64,000 nucleotides of DNA from a virus. Both the position numbers and the translations under genes were made by a program. How positions within the stretch are numbered: position 1 is the stretch's first letter; every line of letters begins with the position of its first letter. The notes beneath the pieces are model-generated. The model was given only the letters and a program-made list of their open reading frames with translations, was not told the DNA's origin and did no database searches. Below are positions 9,519 to 18,575 of this stretch, piece by piece. The stretch lies in the IMG/VR virus record IMGVR_UViG_3300012930_000002, positions 7,818-71,817 of that record; one strand, 5' to 3'.

Positions 9519-10358
9519 CTATTTCCACTTCACTACACGCGGCATCTGCTCGATGATCTTTTCAACCGGGATACCAAGCCCGCGCGAATGCTTCTGAATC
9601 AGCTCCATTTGATCGGCGGGAATGTTGGCGAACTTGTCAGGAGCAGCTGCTTTACGGCCCTTGCTGCCAGCTTGGGCGGCAATTGCGGCAGTGCGCTGGC
9701 CGTTGAGGGGGCGAGGAACAGTAGCAGCGGTTGCCACTTCCTCTTCGTCGTCCTTTGTCGCACCGCCAGCACGCAAATAATCAGCCTCGGCCTGACTAAT
9801 TGCTAGCTTCATTGCTACCAGCGGGTCTAGATTCTTCATGCTCTCATCCTGCTGCATTGCACGAATCTTTCCAGCGACAAGCTGAGTAAGCGGATGCTTG
9901 TTATCGGCAAGTTCAGGAAGGCGCTGCTGCTCGGTTACCCACGCACTCTCAAGTCGTCGTTGCTCGCCGGTAATAGCATTGGCTTTAGCATCGGTAACGG
10001 ACTGAGCAATAGCCTGAGCCCGCTGAGTCGCAATACGATCAACCAAGCCAGCAAACTTCTGCTTATCATTCAGAGCAGTGCCCCATTCATCGTCGCTGAT
10101 GTCAAAAGCAGGCGGCTCAACGGCCTTTACCGGTTCAGCCGCCTCAGCCTTGGCAATCGCTTTGTCGTACCAGAACACCGACTGCTTTTCCGCGTCTTCG
10201 CGCAGCTTTGTCTCATGCTCGAACTTGCGAGTTAGTTCATCTAGCTGAGACTGTAACACGACAGGATCAGGCGCGTCATCTACCGTCTCGTCCACTGTTG
10301 CATTTGGGTCAATCACATAGTTAGGATCGACCGCTGCATTGTCCACATTTGCACTCAT
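9519..10358 (-). CDS. Capsid scaffolding protein
   Basis: Acidic N-terminus, coiled-coil middle and basic C-terminal helix; lies between portal and capsid. Confidence 0.65.
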   Translation of the reverse strand: MSANVDNAAVDPNYVIDPNATVDETVDDAPDPVVLQSQLDELTRKFEHETKLREDAEKQSVFWYDKAIAKAEAAEPVKAVEPPAFDISDDEWGTALNDKQKFAGLVDRIATQRAQAIAQSVTDAKANAITGEQRRLESAWVTEQQRLPELADNKHPLTQLVAGKIRAMQQDESMKNLDPLVAMKLAISQAEADYLRAGGATKDDEEEVATAATVPRPLNGQRTAAIAAQAGSKGRKAAAPDKFANIPADQMELIQKHSRGLGIPVEKIIEQMPRVVKWK

Positions 10359-10360
10359 GG

Positions 10361-11483
10361 TTAATTATCCTCGCCTCGCAAATCTTCCTCATGACTGTCT
10401 ATCGCACAACGTATCGTGCTCACCCATTGACAAGCTAAAGTATCACTTATCTGGATGTACCGAGAACCTTCAGGATTGTCTATGTCACTACCTAGACGTG
10501 GCGCATCCTCAATAGTCTTAGCAAGGTCCAACAAGTCGCTCATACTTGTTCACCTTCCTGGTCAGCGACCGCCACTATTGCGCGGCCACCAGTAGATGCG
10601 CCTTGTCGTATCTCCCGCTCAAACTGCCTCAGCGCTTCTGCCAGCCACGCGACTGGATCGGCGCGCTGGTTGGCGTTTAGTTCGTCGTAGATGACCCGTG
10701 CGCGTTCTTCGATGCTGATCATAGATAGATTCCTCGTTCAGCAAGCAGCTTGACTAGATGCTGCCATTCATCCTTATCGTAATTCGGCTGACTCGCAGCT
10801 TTAGTCCAAAGGCGATGAAAGAGAGCGTTGATTTCCTCGCTGCTCATTTCTTTCTCCGTCGCTTTGCTGCCGTCGCTCGGTTATTACGTTTCACTCTAAA
10901 TACAACGCTGATCCGCCCACTTAATTCCTTCTTGGCGCGAAACTGCATTTTATGTACTAGATCACAGTCACAGCAAGCTAGCCGATAGTTGCGATCACCG
11001 TGGCCGTGTAGCGGCGAAATCCAGCGGCTCCATCCGTTCGCCTCGGCATATTCTTGTCGATAGCGCTTAGGCATGCATCCCTTTCCGTAATCGCCGCCAA
11101 TGCTCCCTTACCATCCTCGCCATCATCTCTTCCTTGCTGAGATGCTTAAACCTACCCGCCGCTGTCGCCGTGCTCATTCGCGCTGTTAATGCATCTGAAT
11201 GCCTGCGACACAGTAGTTCGGCCACACCTGCCGCGACGTGCATGTACAGCTTGCCGCCGAGTTGATCAGCAGTCTTGAGACATTCAGCGCATCGGGCCAT
11301 TTGCGTCGGTTGTACGGCAAGTAGGTCAAGCAAGGTCGCATAGGCTTTCTGCTCATCCGCGTAGCACGTCTCGCAAATGTGGCCGCGCAGGTCATCCCCG
11401 CCGACAATATCGTCAACGGAAGGGGTGACTGCTTTGCCGCATACCCGACAAGGAAGGCCAAAGATGACAGCCGGTGCAATCAC
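10361..11483 (-). other. Cluster of small accessory ORFs (10361..10543, 10540..10722, 10844..11074, 11067..11483), two with Cys clusters
   Basis: Coupled by ATGA-type overlaps; CCDC and several CxxC motifs. Confidence 0.5.
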
Positions 11484-11845
11484 AAACTCTCCATCAGCGC
11501 CGCTACGATGCGCGTGAAAAGTACGTCACGTTGCTGCTCCTCGCGAGGTAAGAGCGACCACGGGAGGAGACGACGATGGCACTTCTGTTTCACGTCCGTA
11601 AACTCGGCCAGCCGCCAACCGTCATGCAGAAGCGTCACCATCCAGCGGTCGTGTGCGGACGAAGCAGGCGCGCCGCGATTCTCCACGCAGAACAGCACGC
11701 GGGCTTCGATCTCAGCCTTCGCGGGCGCTGCCAGCTTATCAAACGGCTGCTGTGAGAAGTCACCGAAGACTTGCTGGTTGTAGGCACGGCTGGCCTCATA
11801 CGCGATCTTGGCAATGTCAGTAATGTTCACTCCGCTCCTTTCCAA
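11480..11845 (-). CDS. RyR-domain-like phage protein
   Basis: SAHDRWM...DGWRL...KQKCHRRLLPWSLLPREEQQRD matches the RyR repeat pattern seen in phage proteins. Confidence 0.6.
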   Translation of the reverse strand: MERSGVNITDIAKIAYEASRAYNQQVFGDFSQQPFDKLAAPAKAEIEARVLFCVENRGAPASSAHDRWMVTLLHDGWRLAEFTDVKQKCHRRLLPWSLLPREEQQRDVLFTRIVAALMESL

Positions 11846-12141
11846 CCAAATGCCGCATCCGCCTTAGCGTGTGCGCTATCTTCCTTATCCTCGAAGCTGG
11901 CGAGTTCGCCGGTTAATTCTTCAATCATCTGCTCGCGCAAAATACGCATCTCGTACAACGTGCGAATGCTGCCCTGCCGCTGACCAACCTCTTGTATACC
12001 CATATCGCGGATCGACGCAGTATGCGCCTGCTCAAGCATTTGGGCCACACGGGCCATGATCAGCGCCCACCCCGGATGCGTCTCAAGGTCACGGAGGGCG
12101 TCGCGGTCGCTGGATTTAGGACTGGCTAGTGGATTTGGCAT
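11827..12141 (-). CDS. Small portal-associated helical protein
   Basis: LETHPGWALI...RQGSIRTL pattern, downstream of the portal. Confidence 0.5.
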   Translation of the reverse strand: MPNPLASPKSSDRDALRDLETHPGWALIMARVAQMLEQAHTASIRDMGIQEVGQRQGSIRTLYEMRILREQMIEELTGELASFEDKEDSAHAKADAAFGWKGAE

Positions 12142-12511
12142 GATAACTCACGAAGTCAAACTTTCCGTTGCGAACCGTGAACGCGCCCCAAGAGTCCGGT
12201 GATGACTCACGGGTCCATATTTCTTTACACTCAGTCGTCATTAAGGTCATAAGGCTTATATAAGAAAGGAGTGCAGGCTGCAACGCTTGGATGCACGGGC
12301 TTAGGACGTTTGCTAAATAACTTCCGTAGAAAGCTCATGACAACCCCTCCCGTGCCTCAGGTCGAGCAATGGCGTTGGCCTGATCCATAGCTTTTATGAA
12401 ATCCTCATCGCTCGCATCGCGAACAAAGGCGCGTAGAAACACCCAGCCGCTCTCGTGTCGCCACTGTTCAATAAGCTCGCGCTTGTAACCCACCGCCTCA
12501 ATTTGAGCTAT

Positions 12512-12697
12512 TCATTCACTGGCCGAAGTTCCCTGCGAGTTCACCGAATACGGATGTTCTGTAAGTTCAAACACCGGTTCTTCAAATAACCGTCCGTAAT
12601 ACTGACAATCTGGATTATCACAACGGAGCGTCGGAGGAATCCTGGATAGCGCCTGTCCGCATTCGCAACGTAGGACAGGATAAATTCTCGCCTTCAT
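12512..12697 (-). CDS. Small zinc-ribbon protein
   Basis: CECG...CDNPDC; coupled to the portal stop. Confidence 0.5.
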   Translation of the reverse strand: MKARIYPVLRCECGQALSRIPPTLRCDNPDCQYYGRLFEEPVFELTEHPYSVNSQGTSASE

Positions 12698-15051
12698 GAA
12701 ATCCCTGGCATTCCTTGCGTCACATCACCACCACTTGGCTGTCCGCCGCTGAACTGGCCCGGTTGCGGAGGCGATGGCATTCCTGGTTGTCCACCGTTCT
12801 GCCCGCCCATCGGAGCCATACTCGCTTGTCCGGTCAACTCAGCCGGATCAACGCCAAGATGATTAGCCACGGTTGCTATCGCCGCCTGCCGCATCGCCAC
12901 CTGCATCGCTGCTGCAATCTTCTTCTGCTTCTGCTGAATGTGCTCGATGATGTGCTGGCCGAGAGCTTTATTCGCGCTTGGATCAGGCTCGCGACTAGCT
13001 ACCGCCTCGCCTAATTGTACCTGATGCTTGGCAATGTGCAAGTCGTCCTGGTCGAGGGCGTGAACGTGCACTTCCTCACCTTGCAGAATCCGCGTCCACT
13101 CCTCATCGGGATTCATCGGTATGTCGATTGGCGGCGGTTCGGGCACGATCATCTTGAAGTTGTCGCGGCCCATTGCCTTGTAAAAGTCATTCAGCACGTG
13201 CCACTGGGCCTGCGGATTGGTCTGCACAAGCGGGGTCATTAGCGCGGTTTGTGTAAGTATTGTCGCTTTCTCCTTCTCCGCCTCACGACTCATACTCGAC
13301 GTGGCAAATTTCAACTGAAAGTCGTAGCGACCACCCCGTTCCTCGGCAGTCATCTCGCCGAAGCCCTTACTGGTCGCAAACAAGCCATTCGCCTTCTCCT
13401 CGGTCACGCGAAAGAACACGGACTCAGGCGCATAGCTGGAATCAATCAGCCAGATGCGTTGTAATATTCGTGACAGGTGCTCTCTCAGTGTCACGTTATC
13501 CAAGTTCAGGCGTACATCGCCCTTGCTCATTAGCGCAATCTGTCCACGCGCCGTCCTCGGTGCATTGGGCCGGTCAATTGCACGGCCAAGGGTCTGGTCG
13601 CTAACGCCCGTGACACGTTCCGCATAACTCATCAACGCTTGCTCTTGAACGGTTGTGTACTGAAGGTCGGTTCTGAAATCAAGCATACGCGCATCGGTTG
13701 CAGGATTATCTAGTTCGATAACCATCTTTGGTGTCCATCGTGCCTGCTTGAACTGATAGCCTTCGCCGCGCTTCACTCCCAATACCGGCCCGACCGAACC
13801 TTCGCCTCCTTCAGTACGAAGATTGTTGTTCACGGTCAACTCATACGCCGTATCTACCAGCATCTCCGGGTAGCCCTTGCACCAGTACTCGCCTGTGTCA
13901 GAGTAAGCAATCTCATCAAGTGGTCGTCGGTCTTTCATGCCAGGATACAGGTCTGCTAATCGCTGTTCGCTGATTGTCTCGCCGGTTTCGGTAATGCGCC
14001 GTACGACTAGCGGCGTCTCTTTCATCTCACGCTTATCCCAATCTTCAAGGCCCACATCCTCGCCGTTATAGAGATAGCCATCTTGTTGGCCATCGGCAAC
14101 AGCGTTCGTGTTACCCGCCTTGAGCATCCGCCAGTTGCCGTACCATTCCTGTACCTCAACGGTGTTCCGCGCCGATTGCCCGCCGTAGGTGATGCCCTCG
14201 ATACCGTCATTCGCTGTTCGTACAGGCTGAGCATCTTGTGAACCGTGCCGGCCTTCGTGACTGCTGGCAGCCTTGTAGATTCGCGCCCAATTGATTGGAT
14301 CGCTGATAGAGCCCGGTCGATACTTGCCAGCCAGTTCATCGCGCAGCAGGTCATCAGGTGTGGCTCGGTAACGATGAATGACAAAGCTGAACTCGTGCAG
14401 GCTGGTGACCTCCTCGGCGGGTACGATTAGATCATCAGGATAGAGCGGGATGAAGTCCGGTCCCTCGTAGTCAACTTGTGCGTTACCGCTCGCATCTTCA
14501 TAGGTCTTCTGGCAGTAGGGAATCTTGACGAACGCCCGCCCAAACAGCAAACAACGGAATAGCAGCGTAATCAGCGGCGACTTGATCTTCATCGCGCTCA
14601 TCACCAGCCAGGTCATGTACAGGCCGACTTTGGGCGCGGTTTCTTGGTCGGTCGGCCCGACTGGATCAGCAACAATCTCCGCGTCGTCGCCAAACAGCGA
14701 GTCCACGACATTAGCTAGCTTCGCCAGTATCGTCCACTCAATCAGTGGCACCTTAAAGTTGGGCTTGCCAATTGCGCCGTCAGGCCCGCCAACTGGCGTG
14801 CGCCAGAGATTATAGAAATGAGCAAAGCGATTCATCCGCCCGCGATGGTCGGCAATAGCGGAGGTGAAATCGCTGTCGATTTGGTCAGCGAGGCGGCGGC
14901 GCTCGATGTTGCTGAGTTGTAAGAACGTTGCGGACAGCGGTGGCGATTCGCCTGACTGCTCATCGGGCAGGCCGGGAGAGTCGGCGTAGGTGGACGGGTC
15001 GGGTGGCAGTTGCTCGGGTTGACCGTTAGGCGGCTGTGTGATTGGATACAT
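12694..15051 (-). CDS. Portal protein (P22/podovirus-like)
   Basis: 785 aa directly after TerL; AERVTGVSDQTLG...RTARGQIAL; DDLHIAKH and a Gln/Pro-rich C-terminus. Confidence 0.85.
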   Translation of the reverse strand: MYPITQPPNGQPEQLPPDPSTYADSPGLPDEQSGESPPLSATFLQLSNIERRRLADQIDSDFTSAIADHRGRMNRFAHFYNLWRTPVGGPDGAIGKPNFKVPLIEWTILAKLANVVDSLFGDDAEIVADPVGPTDQETAPKVGLYMTWLVMSAMKIKSPLITLLFRCLLFGRAFVKIPYCQKTYEDASGNAQVDYEGPDFIPLYPDDLIVPAEEVTSLHEFSFVIHRYRATPDDLLRDELAGKYRPGSISDPINWARIYKAASSHEGRHGSQDAQPVRTANDGIEGITYGGQSARNTVEVQEWYGNWRMLKAGNTNAVADGQQDGYLYNGEDVGLEDWDKREMKETPLVVRRITETGETISEQRLADLYPGMKDRRPLDEIAYSDTGEYWCKGYPEMLVDTAYELTVNNNLRTEGGEGSVGPVLGVKRGEGYQFKQARWTPKMVIELDNPATDARMLDFRTDLQYTTVQEQALMSYAERVTGVSDQTLGRAIDRPNAPRTARGQIALMSKGDVRLNLDNVTLREHLSRILQRIWLIDSSYAPESVFFRVTEEKANGLFATSKGFGEMTAEERGGRYDFQLKFATSSMSREAEKEKATILTQTALMTPLVQTNPQAQWHVLNDFYKAMGRDNFKMIVPEPPPIDIPMNPDEEWTRILQGEEVHVHALDQDDLHIAKHQVQLGEAVASREPDPSANKALGQHIIEHIQQKQKKIAAAMQVAMRQAAIATVANHLGVDPAELTGQASMAPMGGQNGGQPGMPSPPQPGQFSGGQPSGGDVTQGMPGIS

Positions 15052-15054
15052 AGA

Positions 15055-16917
15055 TTACATTCGAGAGCGAAACCTGTTCAAGTCCCGCTGCTGTGTCACC
15101 TGTCCGTAGAACGCACCTGCTGCGCGTTCACTGGCGGTCTGCCCGTAGCTTGGATCGAACTTGCCGTGTTGTTTCTCTTGCTTAGCCAGTTCGGTCGATG
15201 CAAACAGCTCGCGAGCGTAAGGCAGACCGATTGCTGATAGCCCTCCCGATGTGCAGGTGTCGTCATGACAGCCAGATTCGGCTTCAGCCCTACCACCTGT
15301 CTTAATCTTGAAACTGTACGCTTCTCTGATCGAAACCTTTGAGCGAAGTATTAATCCGCCATCGCCAAATCCTGCCAGCGCCGATTCATAAGCTGCAATC
15401 CATTGATCTCTAGTTGTGCTGGTCGTCTTAAACCCGATCTTGTTCGTAGCCGGCCTACCCGCCTCATCGTAGATCACGCGATGATAGAGCCGATCACTGG
15501 GATAGCCCAGAGCGATGAGCGAGTCTACGGTTGACTGACCGATACCGTTCACCTCCGGCACGATGTATGCCCAGTTATACCACTTGCCCAACTCGAACAG
15601 ATAGCGCCCGAACTCACTTGGAGTGAGCCGTTCACGCAATTGAGCGACTTGGATACCAACCGCCGCCTCGAACACGTCACCAACCGAGTAGTCGGGGTCT
15701 GCCGTGCCGGTCCCCTCGTTCACGTCGATACCTTCGCTCGTGTCTGCCCCGATCACATAGCCGTGGCCCTTTTGCGGTCGCTCCCACACGTGTAGTGCGC
15801 CGCGCTCACTGACTTCAAGAAACGTCTCCGCACGTGGCCCAATCTGCTCAACTCGCAACTCACCACGAATGGACGGCTCGACGGCAAGGTGTCGCTTGAT
15901 GTAGGCAGGACGAAAACGCGGACGACCAGAGCTGATAAACGCTTCCTCTGCCGTGCTCGGATACTCCTGCCGAAACCGGTCCTCGTCCCCTTCGCACTTG
16001 TTCGCTATGCACCAGCGTCGCCAGTTGATTCGCTCAAGCGAGAGGCTAAACGCACGCATCAACTCCCGCTCTTCCGTGCTCATTGAGGCCTGGAATTGTT
16101 CAGCAGGAACGTCCAGCGCGCGTGTGTACTCTTCGTGCTCCCACCAGGCAAGGAATACAGCGACAAAATCATTCTTCCCCTCGACTGCCCGGTTCCACGC
16201 ATCGTAAAACGCGCCACCCATGCCGTTGGCCGTGCTCTCGATGATAAGCATGGTGTCTGGATCATCAGGAAGCGACTGCATCAGTCCGGTCATTAGAGTT
16301 GCTGCGTTGCGATAGAACGCGTACTCGGACAGGTGAATGCGGCGGGCTGTAAACGAGCGGCCCCCTGCGAGATTATTCGCCGTCTCGACCTGGACGTAGC
16401 TTTCATTCGCCCACTTCATCAATTCTTGTTGTGGATTGTCGAGGTTCTTGGGCGTGATAAGTGCAGGCAGCTTGACGCCGTGATAGGGCGTGTAGTGCTT
16501 CTGAAATCGCTTGTAGTACTCGAATATCTTCTTAGCGCTGTCATTGTCATGGGCAACAACCATCGCCGCCTGCCCTTTGACAAACGCCGTCTCCTTGAAT
16601 ATCTTCATTGCTGCGCCCGTTGAGATCCACGCTTGGCGAGGCTTCAGGTAGATCACACGCACAGGCTTGCCAGCAGCACGTTGCTTCTGGATTGCCTCAA
16701 ATAGTCGTCGCTGACCATGTCCCCACTTGCCGCTAGTCAGCTTACCTGATTTATCCTGTACGGTCAGGCTCGCACAGAACGCCTCATCATCTTGCCACTC
16801 GGGTACGTTCCACGGCGCTGGATTAGTCACACGAAGAGTTGCAATGGCCACATCAGCAGCCAGGGCGGCAGCGGCGAGTTGCGCAGATGTGGGAGGCGGG
16901 ATGGTGGAGGTGGACAT
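15055..16917 (-). CDS. terL: Terminase large subunit
   Basis: LKPRQAWIST (Walker A variant), IHLSEYAF (Walker B), IIESTANG, FRQEYP, nuclease VIGADTSEG and HDDTC. Confidence 0.92.
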   Translation of the reverse strand: MSTSTIPPPTSAQLAAAALAADVAIATLRVTNPAPWNVPEWQDDEAFCASLTVQDKSGKLTSGKWGHGQRRLFEAIQKQRAAGKPVRVIYLKPRQAWISTGAAMKIFKETAFVKGQAAMVVAHDNDSAKKIFEYYKRFQKHYTPYHGVKLPALITPKNLDNPQQELMKWANESYVQVETANNLAGGRSFTARRIHLSEYAFYRNAATLMTGLMQSLPDDPDTMLIIESTANGMGGAFYDAWNRAVEGKNDFVAVFLAWWEHEEYTRALDVPAEQFQASMSTEERELMRAFSLSLERINWRRWCIANKCEGDEDRFRQEYPSTAEEAFISSGRPRFRPAYIKRHLAVEPSIRGELRVEQIGPRAETFLEVSERGALHVWERPQKGHGYVIGADTSEGIDVNEGTGTADPDYSVGDVFEAAVGIQVAQLRERLTPSEFGRYLFELGKWYNWAYIVPEVNGIGQSTVDSLIALGYPSDRLYHRVIYDEAGRPATNKIGFKTTSTTRDQWIAAYESALAGFGDGGLILRSKVSIREAYSFKIKTGGRAEAESGCHDDTCTSGGLSAIGLPYARELFASTELAKQEKQHGKFDPSYGQTASERAAGAFYGQVTQQRDLNRFRSRM

Positions 16918-17365
16918 TACCGAATCGTTTTGTCGTACCGCTTTAATTCCAAATAGGCCTTACTCAATTCCGGCAAACACCGGTCAAGATGAACAGGCAG
17001 AAGTTGAGGTATGCCAAATAGCCTCCACTTGAGATAGTGCCAGAGCTTCATTGCGCACCTCGCAGCCACTTCCGCCAGAACGGTGATAGAGATCGCAGCC
17101 AGCGACGGTGGCGGAGGTTACGGATTATCGCGGTGATCATTATAACATTTACCTTTCGACATGCGGGAAGACGCAGTCAATAAGATCCAAACCAGCACAT
17201 CCCTTCATATGTCGCCGATATGCCCTTTCCCAAAATTCAGGTGAGTGGCCAAACGAATAAGTACGGAGAAATGTGAGCAAAGCAACACTACCCTGCGACC
17301 TCGCGATCTCTAAATCCTCACGTTGTTTTGCCGTCATCACACGCCCTGAAACCGGCTCCCACGGC

Positions 17366-17848
17366 CTACTTTACGTCTACCAACTCTCTCAACTCCGGCC
17401 TCGCAGCCAGCATCCATTCACGCGCTATGTCCAGCGAGACGCCGTGATCGCGGGCGAGTTTCGTAGCTGCATCGAGGATAACCCGCACCTGGACAACGTT
17501 CACGTTCACATCGCTCGTAATATCAACACGTTGCGGTGCTTTACCCTCAGTGCGGTCGGTGATTTCTTTGACGGCGGGCAAAGACGGAGTCAGCGGAGAA
17601 CTGCCACGAGCATCCTTAATTTGACGTAGCGCGATCTCTTCAGCAACGTTGACTGGCTCGTACCCATCAAGCTCATCGGGAGCTAGCAGAATCAGCCGTT
17701 TGTAGCATTCACTGACAAACACTTGGCCCTTGCGGACGCCGCCAGGATTACCTGATTCACCAGATTGAAACTTATTGAGATTGGCTAGGGAATTAGGGTG
17801 GATATATCTCTGTTTTTCAGAGACGGAAGATTGAACGTCTGCACTCAT
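17366..17848 (-). CDS. Terminase small subunit-like protein (DUF5681-type)
   Basis: HPNSLANL.KFQSGESGNPGG and AVKEITDRTEGKAPQ motifs; upstream of TerL. Confidence 0.75.
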   Translation of the reverse strand: MSADVQSSVSEKQRYIHPNSLANLNKFQSGESGNPGGVRKGQVFVSECYKRLILLAPDELDGYEPVNVAEEIALRQIKDARGSSPLTPSLPAVKEITDRTEGKAPQRVDITSDVNVNVVQVRVILDAATKLARDHGVSLDIAREWMLAARPELRELVDVK

Positions 17849-17854
17849 AATCGG

Positions 17855-18088
17855 CTAGTAGTAATTAATCAGTTCGGTTGAAACTTTAACCGCTTTTGAT
17901 TCTTCCGTTTGACGCCCGCGATAGTTCGCCTCAGTCGCGGTCATTTTACCTGAGTAGAGCCAACAGCGCCAAAGCATTAGGCCGAGGATTGAGCGCAGGT
18001 AATCGTTGCTGGTAACAGTGATTAGACCAGCAGCAATCTTGCGTGATTTGATTTCACGGCGAGTTTTCTTGGAAAGGTTTCGGGCCAC
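17855..18088 (-). CDS. Hypothetical basic protein, first gene of the leftward operon
   Basis: GTG start directly after a structured leader. Confidence 0.35.
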   Translation of the reverse strand: MARNLSKKTRREIKSRKIAAGLITVTSNDYLRSILGLMLWRCWLYSGKMTATEANYRGRQTEESKAVKVSTELINYY

Positions 18089-18228
18089 GATTTGAGAAAG
18101 CGGTAGCTAAACTTGCGCCCTGATACGACCTGGCTCAACTCCGGTCGCCAAGGATTTGAGCGCATCACAAGCGAGAGTAGCCACCGCTAAAGAAATTACC
18201 GGCAAGGAGGAGCGGCCTCTCGGGCGCA

Positions 18229-18258
18229 AGTCTAAGCGCAAAAGGCGAGGCGTGTCAA
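18229..18258 (-). promoter_or_regulatory. Leftward sigma70-type promoter (packaging/late operon)
   Basis: TTGACA (18258-18253), 18-nt spacer, TAGACT (18234-18229). Confidence 0.6.
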
Positions 18259-18277
18259 TGATAAAATTGCACATATC

Positions 18278-18317
18278 GAATTACTACTTGACAAGTTAAT
18301 AATTCTTCGGTTATCAT
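18278..18317 (+). promoter_or_regulatory. Rightward promoter with operator GAATTA-N16-TAATTC
   Basis: TTGACA 18288-18293, 18-nt spacer, TATCAT 18312-18317; ATG 7 nt downstream. Confidence 0.7.
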
Positions 18318-18324
18318 TAGCGCA

Positions 18325-18528
18325 ATGAAAGACGATTTCACGATAGCCACAAAGGATGCTGCTACCGAGCTTGGCGTGACCGCTAGTCGAGTGCGCCAGT
18401 TGTTCTATGCTGGCATCTTATCTGCAAAGCTCATTGGCCGCGACTTATTTATTTCGGAGCGATCTATCGATAAGGCTAAGCAACGCAAGACTTTACCCGG
18501 TCCCGCGAAAAAAGACCAGCAAGATTGA
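18325..18528 (+). CDS. Small helix-turn-helix DNA-binding protein (HTH_17/excisionase-like)
   Basis: ATKDAATELGVTASRVRQL...LSAKLIGRDLFI. Confidence 0.8.
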   Translation: MKDDFTIATKDAATELGVTASRVRQLFYAGILSAKLIGRDLFISERSIDKAKQRKTLPGPAKKDQQD

Positions 18529-18566
18529 ATTATTTGCTTGACAGATAGTAATTCTAGGAGTAATAT
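18527..18566 (+). promoter_or_regulatory. Second rightward promoter with the same operator
   Basis: TTGACA 18538-18543, 17-nt spacer, TAATAT 18561-18566; GAATTA-N16-TAATTC at 18527-18554. Confidence 0.7.
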
Positions 18567-18575
18567 CTATTCAAG

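Noticed and set aside
186-17629. Plus-strand ORFs across the structural arm
   Set aside because: Antisense shadows of well-supported minus-strand genes.
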